From IMG/VR virus record IMGVR_UViG_3300031853_000006, positions 52,897 through 116,896 of that record: a stretch of DNA of 64,000 bases; one strand, given 5' to 3'. Both the position numbers and the translations under genes were made by a program. The notes below the pieces were generated by a model. The model was not told where the DNA came from and made no database searches. It worked only from the letters and a program-made list of their open reading frames with translations. The first letter of the stretch is position 1. Each line of letters opens with the position of its first letter. The DNA comes from a virus (Duplodnaviria > Caudoviricetes). Shown in pieces: positions 38,123 through 47,480 of this stretch.

Positions 38123-38797
38123 GTGTATTTAATGAATGTTGTGATAACAGGATCGTCTGAAGGAATGGGACACGCAACTGCTGCTAAGTTTGTCAATGAA
38201 GGTCACTCAGTGATCGGCATAGACATCATGCCTTGTCCTCCTGACTTAAAAGATTGCCCCTTATATAAGCATTGTAGAGCAAACATTGCAGATCCTAACG
38301 AGCTGCCCGATATTCCTAATGTAAACATATTGATAAACAATGCCGGAGTTACCGGTACGGGAATGGATATTGATACAAATCTGAAAGGTCTCATGGAAGT
38401 TACTCGTAAGTATGCACTTGACAATCCGGCAATCAAGTCAGTCCTTAATCAAGCAGCAGCATCGGCACATATGGGAACAGAGTACGATGAGTATGTTGCA
38501 TCCAAAGGCGGAGTTATCGCTTATACTAAATGGGTTGCTAAAGAGATTGCAAAATATGGCGCAACTTGTAACAGCTTGTCATTCGGAGGAGTATTGTCAG
38601 CTGCTAACAGGCCCGTTATAGAGAACGATGATTTGTGGCAGCAGATCATGGACTTAACACCGCTCAAGAAATGGACAACTACTGAAGAAGCAGCCGAATG
38701 GATCTATTTTATGACCGTGATTAACAAATCCTGTTCAGGTACCGACATAATAATAGACAACTTGGAAAGCTTGAACGGAGTGTTTGTCTGGGAGTGA
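38123..38797 (+). CDS. short-chain dehydrogenase/reductase (SDR)
   Basis: ITGSSEGMG Rossmann motif, NNAG, YVASK catalytic motif. Confidence 0.9.
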   Translation: MYLMNVVITGSSEGMGHATAAKFVNEGHSVIGIDIMPCPPDLKDCPLYKHCRANIADPNELPDIPNVNILINNAGVTGTGMDIDTNLKGLMEVTRKYALDNPAIKSVLNQAAASAHMGTEYDEYVASKGGVIAYTKWVAKEIAKYGATCNSLSFGGVLSAANRPVIENDDLWQQIMDLTPLKKWTTTEEAAEWIYFMTVINKSCSGTDIIIDNLESLNGVFVWE

Positions 38798-38814
38798 AAG
38801 GAGCAACAATAGTA

Positions 38815-39183
38815 ATGCAACCGAAGAAAGCAAATTCGTACACTGTGAAAGTGAAGAATAAGCTTAGCAAGAAAGATCTTAAAAAGCGGAAGAAAGCTAG
38901 GAAGCCGAAATACTCTGCATACATGTACACGGTGGCGGAGCCAGCTCACGGCGGCATCATGTATTCGACATTTGTAATGCTCTGTGACGGTAAGTATCCA
39001 TCCATGGAGGATATACTCGAAATCTCTCGTAATATCGGGCCTATAGTCTGCATACAGCGTCTTTCGCTTGAGGGCATGGAAGAGCAGATCAAAGATCAAG
39101 AAGCAATTCGGAGAGGTGACTTAATCTTTCCAAGTCTGGACGACTACAACGATGATGACGAAGATTTTGACCCGTTCAGTTAA
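38815..39183 (+). CDS. hypothetical protein
   Basis: ATG after AAAGGAG. Confidence 0.6.
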   Translation: MQPKKANSYTVKVKNKLSKKDLKKRKKARKPKYSAYMYTVAEPAHGGIMYSTFVMLCDGKYPSMEDILEISRNIGPIVCIQRLSLEGMEEQIKDQEAIRRGDLIFPSLDDYNDDDEDFDPFS

Positions 39184-39214
39184 TCAAAAGCGTATAACAT
39201 GGAGGAGTTGAATA

Positions 39215-39919
39215 ATGAAAAAGATTATAGTAACAGCTTTGTTGCTTTTTGTAGCAACGGTAGTTGTCAGTAGTAACTCTGCGGCCAAAGAAGTCAAAGA
39301 GCCATTAGGTAAATGGTACATTTCGAGCTACAAGCCGAGTGATAACACTCCGGCAGGCAGCTATCAAACATCATCAGGAGCCCGTGCTATTCCGTGGGCT
39401 ACTTGTGCTGTTGACCAGAGAGACCCGCTTGTGCCCATAGGGACAACAATTGAAATTGAGGGACTAGGCAGATTCAAGGTCAACGATTATGGTGGCTTCG
39501 GAAGTTACAACGGAGGCCGACGAGCAGTTGACGTATTCATCAATGACAGCGATGCGGGATTCTTAGTAGAGAGGAAAGTGTACCTTATTCGTGAAGAAAC
39601 ACCTCTCGAAAAGACAAACAGAGTACTCAAGGAACGACGAGAAGCACAGGCTAAACCATTCAAAGTACTTCATGATCCTCGATTGCTTCCTTGGCAAGTA
39701 ATTACAGATCCAAAGATTGTACCGTCGGGTAACATCACTATACAGTGGAAGATGGATAAGTTTCAGCCGTTCCAAGTTCTCGAAGTAGTTGATACTAAGA
39801 AGAATATTGGTAATGTCATCTATGTAGGTGATTTCCATAGAGCATCTGTATACAGAGAGGTATCATTACACGAGGTACACGAGAAAGAGTCAGGATATGG
39901 TCAAGCAGATCGGACTTAA
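39215..39919 (+). CDS. secreted 3D-domain (lytic transglycosylase-like) protein
   Basis: Signal peptide; 'TSSG...CAVD...PIGT.I.IEG.G...V.DYGG......VDVF'. Confidence 0.8.
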   Translation: MKKIIVTALLLFVATVVVSSNSAAKEVKEPLGKWYISSYKPSDNTPAGSYQTSSGARAIPWATCAVDQRDPLVPIGTTIEIEGLGRFKVNDYGGFGSYNGGRRAVDVFINDSDAGFLVERKVYLIREETPLEKTNRVLKERREAQAKPFKVLHDPRLLPWQVITDPKIVPSGNITIQWKMDKFQPFQVLEVVDTKKNIGNVIYVGDFHRASVYREVSLHEVHEKESGYGQADRT

Positions 39920-40009
39920 AGCCAATCTTTTATAAGATAAGATGTATTGTTCATCTGTGTTAGCATTTCCCGACTAGGTCCGAGCAGCAGAAAGGAGCAA
40001 CAAACTAAT

Positions 40010-40924
40010 ATGAAACAGGTAACTGATAACGACATCACAATTTGTGGACACGGAGGCGGAAGGCCTTCTGTCAAGAATCTAAGAGTGTATTCTCAGAATC
40101 GCTACAATCAGCGAGCTGCTAATCGTGTCCATAAGGGCATCGTAGAAGTGAGACGGTTGAAGCTCATGACAGATGCAGATCGTAAGAAGTTTGTAAAAGC
40201 GTATAAGACGATTCTAGGTAGAAACTTCTATAGTCAGATATTAAGAGCTCACGTATACAAGAAGTATAAAGATGGAAGATACTACAGCGATTGTAGTTCA
40301 TCCGGGATGGCAGCATTCAACAAGATTGGTCTTAGCACCGGCGGGTTGCTTAGCACTGCGGGAATTCACAGTAGCTCTAAGTTCAAAACCGTTCCGGTCA
40401 CAATCAAAGCTGGCCACATTATGGATCCTTGGAAACTCCAAGTAGGAGACTGCATACTGTTTGCAGGATCTGATCCATCTAGACCTAAACAGATTGGCCA
40501 TGTAGAATACGTATATAAAGTTCCAGGAGTAGAGTGCACCGTATCTACTAAGTGCTCAATCCGTCAGAAGAAAGATCAGCTTGCAAAGCGTCTGAAGACA
40601 CATTTTGCAAGTGATCGCATCAGAATCTTAGAAGATTGTAAAGACGGATGGAGCCTATGCACAGACGGGAGCGTACTTGGCTACGTTAAGAACCGTGCAA
40701 TTAAACGAGTAGGCAAGTCGAATTATCCAGTAGGGTCTGTCACTCATGATTGCAAGTTGCACATGAAACCGAGTTCTACATCGAAAGCAACTGGAACGAT
40801 CAATTCAGAAACTGCAATCAAGATTGTTACAATGCGCAAGAAGTGGACCTATGTCAACTTAACTGACACTAAGGGAGCTAAACTTAGCGGATGGATCCCG
40901 ACGAAGCATGTGTCTTATAAATAA
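40010..40924 (+). CDS. NlpC/P60-like cell-wall hydrolase with SH3b-like domains
   Basis: 'YSQ..R', 'YSDCSS', 'GDCILF', 'GHVEY'; C-terminal 'GYV' and 'GWIP' SH3b-like. Confidence 0.7.
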   Translation: MKQVTDNDITICGHGGGRPSVKNLRVYSQNRYNQRAANRVHKGIVEVRRLKLMTDADRKKFVKAYKTILGRNFYSQILRAHVYKKYKDGRYYSDCSSSGMAAFNKIGLSTGGLLSTAGIHSSSKFKTVPVTIKAGHIMDPWKLQVGDCILFAGSDPSRPKQIGHVEYVYKVPGVECTVSTKCSIRQKKDQLAKRLKTHFASDRIRILEDCKDGWSLCTDGSVLGYVKNRAIKRVGKSNYPVGSVTHDCKLHMKPSSTSKATGTINSETAIKIVTMRKKWTYVNLTDTKGAKLSGWIPTKHVSYK

Positions 40925-40945
40925 TCACGCGGAGGACGCTTAACA

Positions 40946-41185
40946 ATGGAAAGAATATGCTGCATAGCTATTAAAAGCTCTACAAAGATATCGTATGTAT
41001 CGTTCGGAAACTATGCAACAGTCGCAGACATCATAGAAGTACTAGATGAGGAGGTTGCTGATCTGAATGGGACATCTTATCAAATTGTTGGAGTAGGCTT
41101 CTTCTCTAATTCAGATTCAAAAGCCCTCTTTAAGATGATCTCAGATTGGGAAGAGGAGATTGCAAAGCGACTTGAAGCTGATTAG
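40946..41185 (+). CDS. hypothetical protein
   Basis: ORF with GGAGG RBS. Confidence 0.6.
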   Translation: MERICCIAIKSSTKISYVSFGNYATVADIIEVLDEEVADLNGTSYQIVGVGFFSNSDSKALFKMISDWEEEIAKRLEAD

Positions 41186-41244
41186 GTACAAATCGTTAAA
41201 TAAACTGAAGCCTAATATTCACTTTACTTACAATGCTTAGTACG

Positions 41245-41416
41245 GGTGCGCCTGACAAGCTTTGTAGATATTTCCGCTAGCGCAAATTGTCCTGTGCAAA
41301 GTCTGATAACGCACGTTGCACCGCCTTTCTTTTTCCGAAGATTAAACCCACATGCGCTAGCGGTATTATCAGCTAATCCTGGCGGCATAGCTCTGATTAA
41401 TCAGGTCTAGCCGCCA
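41245..41416 (+). ncRNA. candidate pseudoknotted non-coding RNA
   Basis: Intergenic; ATCGTTAAATA motif at 41192; CCGCTAGCGCA(41274)/TGCGCTAGCGG(41353), CTGATAA/TTATCAG, GGTGCG/TGCACC, terminal TGGCGGC/GCCGCCA hairpin. Confidence 0.5.
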
Positions 41417-41446
41417 TTGAATTGTTCCGTACAAAGGAGACTAGCC

Positions 41447-41653
41447 ATGACGACAAAGAATGTTACAAGACTCGATGAACTAGAAAACGGAGAAAGATTC
41501 AACTACAACGGCAGCACGTTTGTACGTATTAAAAAGATCTCTACTCACTCTAAGTACGAAAAAGACGTGTATCTCTGCAAAGGGCCAACTGGAGAGATGC
41601 TTTTTAGTGCCGACGCGGAAGTAGATCCGTATCAGCATCGATTGAAACTGTAA
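41447..41653 (+). CDS. small hypothetical protein
   Basis: ATG after AAAGGAG. Confidence 0.6.
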   Translation: MTTKNVTRLDELENGERFNYNGSTFVRIKKISTHSKYEKDVYLCKGPTGEMLFSADAEVDPYQHRLKL

Positions 41654-41672
41654 AAAGGAGCAACAATAGCCA

Positions 41673-41855
41673 ATGGACGAAGAAACAACATTAAGATGTG
41701 CTAACTGCGGAAGAGTCTTGGATCACAACGTCTCAGATGACAAAAGGGTATGCAGGGACTGCAGTGCTAAACTTGCGTGTGCATACAAGAAGCCAATGCA
41801 ACTTAAGAAAGACAACGATGACAAGACGCGTATTCGCATCAATTGTTTGAGGTAG
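41673..41855 (+). CDS. small zinc-finger protein
   Basis: CxxC...CxxC. Confidence 0.55.
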   Translation: MDEETTLRCANCGRVLDHNVSDDKRVCRDCSAKLACAYKKPMQLKKDNDDKTRIRINCLR

Positions 41856-41867
41856 GAGGGTGTAGCA

Positions 41868-42140
41868 ATGACAGAAAATGAACAAAAATGTTATATGTGC
41901 GGCGCCGAACATCCTCCGTATCCGTACCACGGTAAGATGTTGTGTCCTAACTGCCTGGCCACATTGGTAAGTCTCAGCAAAGCTTATGGGTACTCAGTTG
42001 ATGATCTGATCGAATACTTTGAGCCGCAGCGGGAAGAGATAGAGGCCCATCGTGCATATTGGCAAAACGCCATGAGGATTATTGAAGAATGTGCAGACTA
42101 CGTCTACGACGACGTAGTGTACAGTGACGTCTGGGAGTGA
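41868..42140 (+). CDS. small zinc-finger protein
   Basis: CxxC...CxxC; AGGAGG. Confidence 0.6.
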   Translation: MTENEQKCYMCGAEHPPYPYHGKMLCPNCLATLVSLSKAYGYSVDDLIEYFEPQREEIEAHRAYWQNAMRIIEECADYVYDDVVYSDVWE

Positions 42141-42196
42141 GGTAAGAATGTAAACTCGCTCCTATCGCTATGTTATCTAATCTTTCAAAAAAAGTC

Positions 42197-42225
42197 TTGA
42201 CAAACTCATATAAATATCATATAAT
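42197..42225 (+). promoter_or_regulatory. conserved sigmaA-type early promoter repeat
   Basis: TTGACA-17-TATAAT. Confidence 0.85.
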
Positions 42226-42292
42226 ATAAGTGAACCTACTCCTAAATCGTTAAGTATTTTGCTACCTAACAAAGATTGGAGGACAATAACAG

Positions 42293-42550
42293 TTGGACAA
42301 TACTAATGAAGCACCGCTCCGTCCCGAAGAAATTACACTTGGGTTCTTTTATCTAATGTGGTCACGCGATCCAGATGCAACACAACGTATTCGTGTACAT
42401 ACACAAGAGGGAGGTAAGTGGAAATTACTCCCGCCTATACTCTCTGCGATAGAAACACACGGCCATCTGCATTTGAAAAACGTACAGTGCAGTGAAGATG
42501 TGCTCGACATTTACTTGCTACAGGAGGACACAGCCTATGGCTCTAATTGA
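42293..42550 (+). CDS. hypothetical protein
   Basis: TTG start after GGAGG. Confidence 0.55.
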   Translation: MDNTNEAPLRPEEITLGFFYLMWSRDPDATQRIRVHTQEGGKWKLLPPILSAIETHGHLHLKNVQCSEDVLDIYLLQEDTAYGSN

Positions 42551-42827
42551 ATTCATCTTTTCTAGTTTCTGGACATTCTTGGGAACATTGTTGTTACTTG
42601 GTGTCCTGTTAGATGGAGTTGTTTCAATCATTGCAGCAGTGCGTGATTCGTCTAAGAAGGTCAATCGCAAGCTAGACCATTCAGATAAAGCGTGGAGCCA
42701 GCTGATCGAAGAAATTGAACGGCTACCGGTAACCAATAATAACGAAGCGGAGTTCAAGAAACTGGTAATGAACACAGTAGTTTACTACTACGGATATTCA
42801 AGGAGGTATGATCATGAGGAGAGCTAG
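42537..42827 (+). CDS. small membrane protein
   Basis: MALIEFIFSSFWTFLG... TM segment; AGGAGG. Confidence 0.6.
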   Translation: MALIEFIFSSFWTFLGTLLLLGVLLDGVVSIIAAVRDSSKKVNRKLDHSDKAWSQLIEEIERLPVTNNNEAEFKKLVMNTVVYYYGYSRRYDHEES

Positions 42828-43206
42828 AAGACGTAACACAAGTGGCAGGCCGATAGACAGGTCAAAGCGGTCTAATCACCGATGTCTTAATTGCACTCAT
42901 TTTTGCTATGTAGATGGGACCATTGGGAAGACCTGCTGCGAGCTGACAGGTGACCCTAAGACATTCTACAACAGTTGTGCGAAGTTAGAATGGGATCCGG
43001 AGCTCATCTATACGGAGCCGCTTGAGCAGGAACCCGAAATCGTAGAAGAATGGAGTTGTGAAGTAGATGATTTCTACGACACTGACCCGTATACAGCTGC
43101 TGTTAATACGTCACTTCAGAAATCAACCGCAGTTGCAGTCGGAGCCTTCATTCTTGGTATTACTTCGATAGTTGCGGCAGTAGTGCTGAAAAGGAGATCA
43201 GCGTGA
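42808..43206 (+). CDS. Cys-rich protein with C-terminal TM anchor
   Basis: CxxC..C..C; hydrophobic C-terminus. Confidence 0.6.
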   Translation: MIMRRARRRNTSGRPIDRSKRSNHRCLNCTHFCYVDGTIGKTCCELTGDPKTFYNSCAKLEWDPELIYTEPLEQEPEIVEEWSCEVDDFYDTDPYTAAVNTSLQKSTAVAVGAFILGITSIVAAVVLKRRSA

Positions 43207-43412
43207 CTCGTCAGGAAGCTGAAGGCAACCTTATTCGTAAACCTTGCCTTCATTGCCGTACTGCAAAATATCTAGATTACAGGATTTCGTTTATAGGTAT
43301 CATCAATAATAAGCATATACGGTCTTCGGAGCTTTGGTGCATTCGATGCCGTAGCGTAATAGGGGCTGTAAATTGGGATTCAGAGGAGGAACCAAATGAA
43401 CGGGACTCATAA
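43203..43412 (+). CDS. small zinc-ribbon protein
   Basis: Two CxxC. Confidence 0.5.
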   Translation: MTRQEAEGNLIRKPCLHCRTAKYLDYRISFIGIINNKHIRSSELWCIRCRSVIGAVNWDSEEEPNERDS

Positions 43413-43683
43413 TAGGGTAAGAGTATTCGGAGTGAGAACTGCGCATGACAAGATGCTTTTCACCGAACTGCTTTACAACGAGTTAAGTGATTGCAGTTAT
43501 GTAGGCGAAAGCAGGGTGCCTGTAAGATGGCAAGCGGCAGTAGATGACCCTAGATTTGAAAATGGCATCAAGTTCTGCGTACTATATGTGCCGACTGATC
43601 GGACAGAGGAAGTAATCACACTACTCGAACAACGGTCAGACAACGAATTCATCGCAGAGATTTGGTATAGCGACGATCAGTAA
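43396..43683 (+). CDS. hypothetical protein
   Basis: GAGGAGG RBS. Confidence 0.6.
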   Translation: MNGTHNRVRVFGVRTAHDKMLFTELLYNELSDCSYVGESRVPVRWQAAVDDPRFENGIKFCVLYVPTDRTEEVITLLEQRSDNEFIAEIWYSDDQ

Positions 43684-43768
43684 ATCAACTAGATAAACCA
43701 GAATCAAGGTAAGTTGAACCGTGTATATACTAAGGGGAACACCATAGGGATATACAGGAGGTCGACTA

Positions 43769-44053
43769 GTGATTACTTTAGACGAAGCGTTACAGTCAGC
43801 AGTAGACGAAAACACAGTTAAAGCTTACCAAGAGGGATATGATGCAGGCATCAAAGATGCATGGGAAGCCGCTCGTGAAATATTGTGCGAATTCACCAAA
43901 AGCACAATGGTAGAAGAACTTGGCTTTCCGGACTACGGGAGCTATACACCGTTCATGAATTCAGAATACGGATACGCTATTTCAGTGATAGCAAACGCTT
44001 CTCCTGAATTAGCAGTTCGATTAGTAAAGAATTGCAACGCAACATCAGAATAA
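43769..44053 (+). CDS. hypothetical protein
   Basis: 'AYQEGY..G..DAWEAAREI' motif common in Firmicute phages. Confidence 0.6.
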   Translation: MITLDEALQSAVDENTVKAYQEGYDAGIKDAWEAAREILCEFTKSTMVEELGFPDYGSYTPFMNSEYGYAISVIANASPELAVRLVKNCNATSE

Positions 44054-44078
44054 TAGAATTGATAGGGAGGATCGTTAA

Positions 44079-44474
44079 ATGAAACAATACCAGCTTACAT
44101 TTGGAGTCCCTGACGACTTTAATCCGGAAGAGCTTGAAATCAATGTGACCTATAAAGATGATATAGAGATCATTGACGAAGGTTACAGAGACTTCTACAA
44201 AAAGATAGAGGACTTAATAACTGAGAAAGTTTCATTACTGACTAAGAACACTGAGGGAGATAACGTAGTAATCTTCAAGTTCCCGGGTGAGCTTACTCAA
44301 TTCCCTCAATACATAACCCATCTTAAAGAGGTTCTTGAGCTTAAAACAGACAAGACGGTTATCGGAGTACTCGACAATGTAGATATTCTTGTTCAGAACG
44401 CCGATGACGCAATTGAAATGCTCGAAGGGATGATCGGAAAGATCAAAGCAAGGGCATTGATATTAAGGAAGTGA
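44079..44474 (+). CDS. hypothetical protein
   Basis: GGAGG RBS. Confidence 0.65.
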   Translation: MKQYQLTFGVPDDFNPEELEINVTYKDDIEIIDEGYRDFYKKIEDLITEKVSLLTKNTEGDNVVIFKFPGELTQFPQYITHLKEVLELKTDKTVIGVLDNVDILVQNADDAIEMLEGMIGKIKARALILRK

Positions 44475-44484
44475 GGAATCAACA

Positions 44485-45087
44485 ATGGCAGAAATGAGGA
44501 TGTGCAAAGAATGCGGAAAGCTATTCCTACCAAAAGGAAGAGAGAAATACTGTCCAGATACTCACTATAGACCTTGCCCTATATGCGGAACACCTGTAGT
44601 GAATATTTATTTAAGCGACCCGCCTAGAAAATGCGACAACTGCAGGGGCAGGCGAAATCTCAAGCCTGCTACAAATCATTCTAAACTCTTCAATGACAAA
44701 AAGTTCGGATTTGATGATAACAAGTTCAAGTTCGCTCCGAAGCCTGCCGCAGAATCTGCAAAACCAGAAAGCACTCCAAAAGTAGCACAAGTTACTTATA
44801 CAGCTCCTAAAATCAAGACTCAGGACATCATAACAGAGATACCCGAAACAATTGATCAGAAAGAGTTCTGTGATGAGGTAACTGGTACAGTAAGAAGATA
44901 TGTCGGACCTGTAATCAAAAACGCCTTTATTCCGGGTCACGACTATGAGCTAACAATAAATCACAACGACCAAACATACGGAGTAAAATCGGATCTAGAT
45001 GTAACTGATCATAAAGAGGTCAACATTTTTCTACATTTCACAAGTCAAATAAGTATCAATCAGAATTTCGCTCGAATTAAAGAGTGA
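44485..45087 (+). CDS. protein with the Hef-family zinc-ribbon N-terminus and an unrelated C-terminus
   Basis: 'CKECGKLFLP....KYC...HY.PCPICG' shared with 3417, 5674, 24632 and 27844. Confidence 0.7.
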   Translation: MAEMRMCKECGKLFLPKGREKYCPDTHYRPCPICGTPVVNIYLSDPPRKCDNCRGRRNLKPATNHSKLFNDKKFGFDDNKFKFAPKPAAESAKPESTPKVAQVTYTAPKIKTQDIITEIPETIDQKEFCDEVTGTVRRYVGPVIKNAFIPGHDYELTINHNDQTYGVKSDLDVTDHKEVNIFLHFTSQISINQNFARIKE

Positions 45088-45221
45088 CAACAAAAGTAAA
45101 GTTATAATTCAGTTAAAGGCGAATTAACTTCTCTGACTGCAGCATGAAATAGCCTCTAAACGGCGACCTTTAATATCGGCATCATATTCACCATAACAAG
45201 ATAAACAGGAGGCGAAGAACG

Positions 45222-45481
45222 ATGTCGACAATGGTTACTTTGAGGCGAGTATAGAATATAGAGACAGCCCCTATCTAAATATGCGCAACACTTATGCGAG
45301 CAATTCCAACTGGAGTAGTCAGAATTTTACAAGTTTCAAATTAGGTACAGCTTTTACGCCTAGCGGATCTGAGTTAATATCTCGAATGACTGTAACAACT
45401 CCGTCAAATCTATATCGCACAACTTCCTTAGTTATTAACGTCGGCATTGATCAAGAGCTTATCCTAGCGATTGTGGGATAA
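45222..45481 (+). pseudogene. frameshifted short member of the MS[TCS]xx family
   Basis: GCGACCTTTAATA motif, AGGAGG, ATG 45222 MSTMVT; stop at 45252, but the -1 frame continues (EASIEYRDSPYLNMRNTY...) to 45481. Confidence 0.5.
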
Positions 45482-45567
45482 TCTACAGTGCTTCATTACA
45501 AGATAAGCAGCACCAAACCTTGAATAGTGGTAACAATCATACTACTCAAGGAAGGAGTTGACTACTA

Positions 45568-46212
45568 TTGAAACGGCAACAGTCTGATAAAGAAACAATG
45601 CAGTGGCAACGCAAGATGCTAGCGCTGTACGGAGTATTGTTACCGATACTTGCACCGCTTGTAGGGTTCATCGCGTATAGCAAGAACGGACCTACATTCT
45701 GGTACAGTATTTCGGCTACATTCTATGCAACGAGTAACATATTCATGATCGGCTCACTTGCAGTATTTGCTTTCTTCTTGTGGACCTACAGAGGATACGA
45801 TCTAGGCGATTTCTTTACATGTAAGTTTTCGGCAGCTATGGCAATAGGAATTCTTGTATTCCCTTGTGAATGCGATGCCGCAGGAGTTACCACAGGAGTT
45901 CTAAATCTACCTACTGCAGTAAGTAATGTGTTCCATTGTATTATTGCAGCACTGCTTTTTGGATCATTTGCATACATGATTGGCTTTAGATTCACTAAGT
46001 CGGGAGCAGATTCAAAAACTTCCGGAAAGGAAAAACGAAACAAAGCCTACATCATATGTGCAATCATAATTGCAGCCTTTATGCTTAATCAAGTAATCAC
46101 ATCTGTTCTTGACATCAAATGGATGACTATCGTCAATGAAGCTTTTATGCTCTGGGCATTCTCGTTTGCATGGGCAGTAAAAGCAGGAATGTTCGAACAG
46201 TTTGAAGACTGA
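45568..46212 (+). CDS. multi-pass membrane protein (DUF998-like)
   Basis: About 6 TM segments; 'SISATFY', 'YRGYD..D', 'H...A.L.F'. Confidence 0.65.
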   Translation: MKRQQSDKETMQWQRKMLALYGVLLPILAPLVGFIAYSKNGPTFWYSISATFYATSNIFMIGSLAVFAFFLWTYRGYDLGDFFTCKFSAAMAIGILVFPCECDAAGVTTGVLNLPTAVSNVFHCIIAALLFGSFAYMIGFRFTKSGADSKTSGKEKRNKAYIICAIIIAAFMLNQVITSVLDIKWMTIVNEAFMLWAFSFAWAVKAGMFEQFED

Positions 46213-46277
46213 CCACTGAATGTTGCAGGTAATGCGGAGGTTCTATGCCTCCGCTTATTTTTTTTTTTTGAAAAGTC

Positions 46278-46470
46278 TTGACAAATTCATAGAAATATCA
46301 TATAATATACTTACACGCTACATTAAACCTATTATATCATTGCTAGAGGAAGTTACAAATACGTAAATCGTTATATTAAAGCGTAATCCGCCGTCTATTT
46401 CGTATTTGTAATTCTGTTTTCCTCTAGCAAGAAAAACACGATTCCAAACAATAGGCGGCGTTTTATATTT
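46278..46470 (+). promoter_or_regulatory. sigmaA promoter plus structured leader RNA with internal ATCGTTA motif
   Basis: TTGACA(46278)-17-TATAAT(46301); stems 46340-46351/46419-46430, 46352-46363/46401-46412, 46389-46399/46450-46460; TTTTATATTT before RBS. Confidence 0.7.
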
Positions 46471-46484
46471 CAGGAGGAGCATCC

Positions 46485-47000
46485 ATGAAAAGATTCATTA
46501 AATCATCGCAAACAGCTGAAGGAGTAAACAGAATTGAAATTGATTTCTACGGAGTTGATCTTGAAGAGGAGGTCGAAGCTGCCAGAAATAATCCAAGGAA
46601 GGTATTCAAGAATGCTGATGTAGTCATTCGAGATGTTAAGGCTTACTTAGAAGACAAAGGATTGAAAATTTTGCGAACTTCTAGAAGTAATCATAAGAAT
46701 TCAGACTCTACATACTACGATGTCGATATTAAAGTAACTAACAATAAGGGTAAGTATGAATTCATTTACCTTCGTATATCTGATCATCCTGAATCAAGTT
46801 TGAATGATCTTCCGAGAAAGAACTATCATGATAGAATAACTCGTTCGTACAAAGGGCTAAAAGATACTGATAATGTTGACGGCTTGTATCACTACGCATC
46901 TATTGAAGTAACAGGAAAGCAATTTAATAACTACGACAGAGCAATGAATCGAGTCAAAGAGCGTATTGATGAGATTCTGAAAGGAGTTGGTTTAGAATGA
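46485..47000 (+). CDS. LRIS[DN]H-motif protein with MKRxIxSS tag, paralog of 7839-8405
   Basis: 'SDSTYY...YLRISDH...IEVTGKQFNNYDRAM'. Confidence 0.75.
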   Translation: MKRFIKSSQTAEGVNRIEIDFYGVDLEEEVEAARNNPRKVFKNADVVIRDVKAYLEDKGLKILRTSRSNHKNSDSTYYDVDIKVTNNKGKYEFIYLRISDHPESSLNDLPRKNYHDRITRSYKGLKDTDNVDGLYHYASIEVTGKQFNNYDRAMNRVKERIDEILKGVGLE

Positions 47001-47458
47001 GGACTTTGAACTACACTTTCACATTTCACTTATATCCTGCAGATCTTAGATTAACTAATCCAGGATACGATGAAAACGGAGACGAAGATACTGAATTCAA
47101 CGGTAACTATCGAGACAGTGCAAGGCGTGCAGCGGCATATGCGTTACTCCAATCTGTTCCCAATCTGGTTTATGACCCGGAAGAAGAAGTCCATACACCT
47201 CAGGAAGTAACAGTAGCATATAAAACTAGAGATTCAAAATATATTTTACGAATAGTAACAGATATTAACGCATGGCCACAGAAAGATCCCGAGATCTGTA
47301 AACAAAGAAAAGCACAGGCTGATCGTAATGAATTAGGACAGAAGTGGTGGATCCACCATTTGAGCTTTCCAGATGGTACTACATTAGACTGCGATACAAT
47401 TACATGTCCAGAAGAAGAGGCTATTGCAAGTTACGTAAAGGCTCACTTGTGTGATTAA
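46997..47458 (+). CDS. hypothetical protein
   Basis: Overlapping start (ATGA) after AAGGAG. Confidence 0.6.
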   Translation: MRTLNYTFTFHLYPADLRLTNPGYDENGDEDTEFNGNYRDSARRAAAYALLQSVPNLVYDPEEEVHTPQEVTVAYKTRDSKYILRIVTDINAWPQKDPEICKQRKAQADRNELGQKWWIHHLSFPDGTTLDCDTITCPEEEAIASYVKAHLCD

Positions 47459-47480
47459 GATTTGTTAGGAGGAGGAAATT

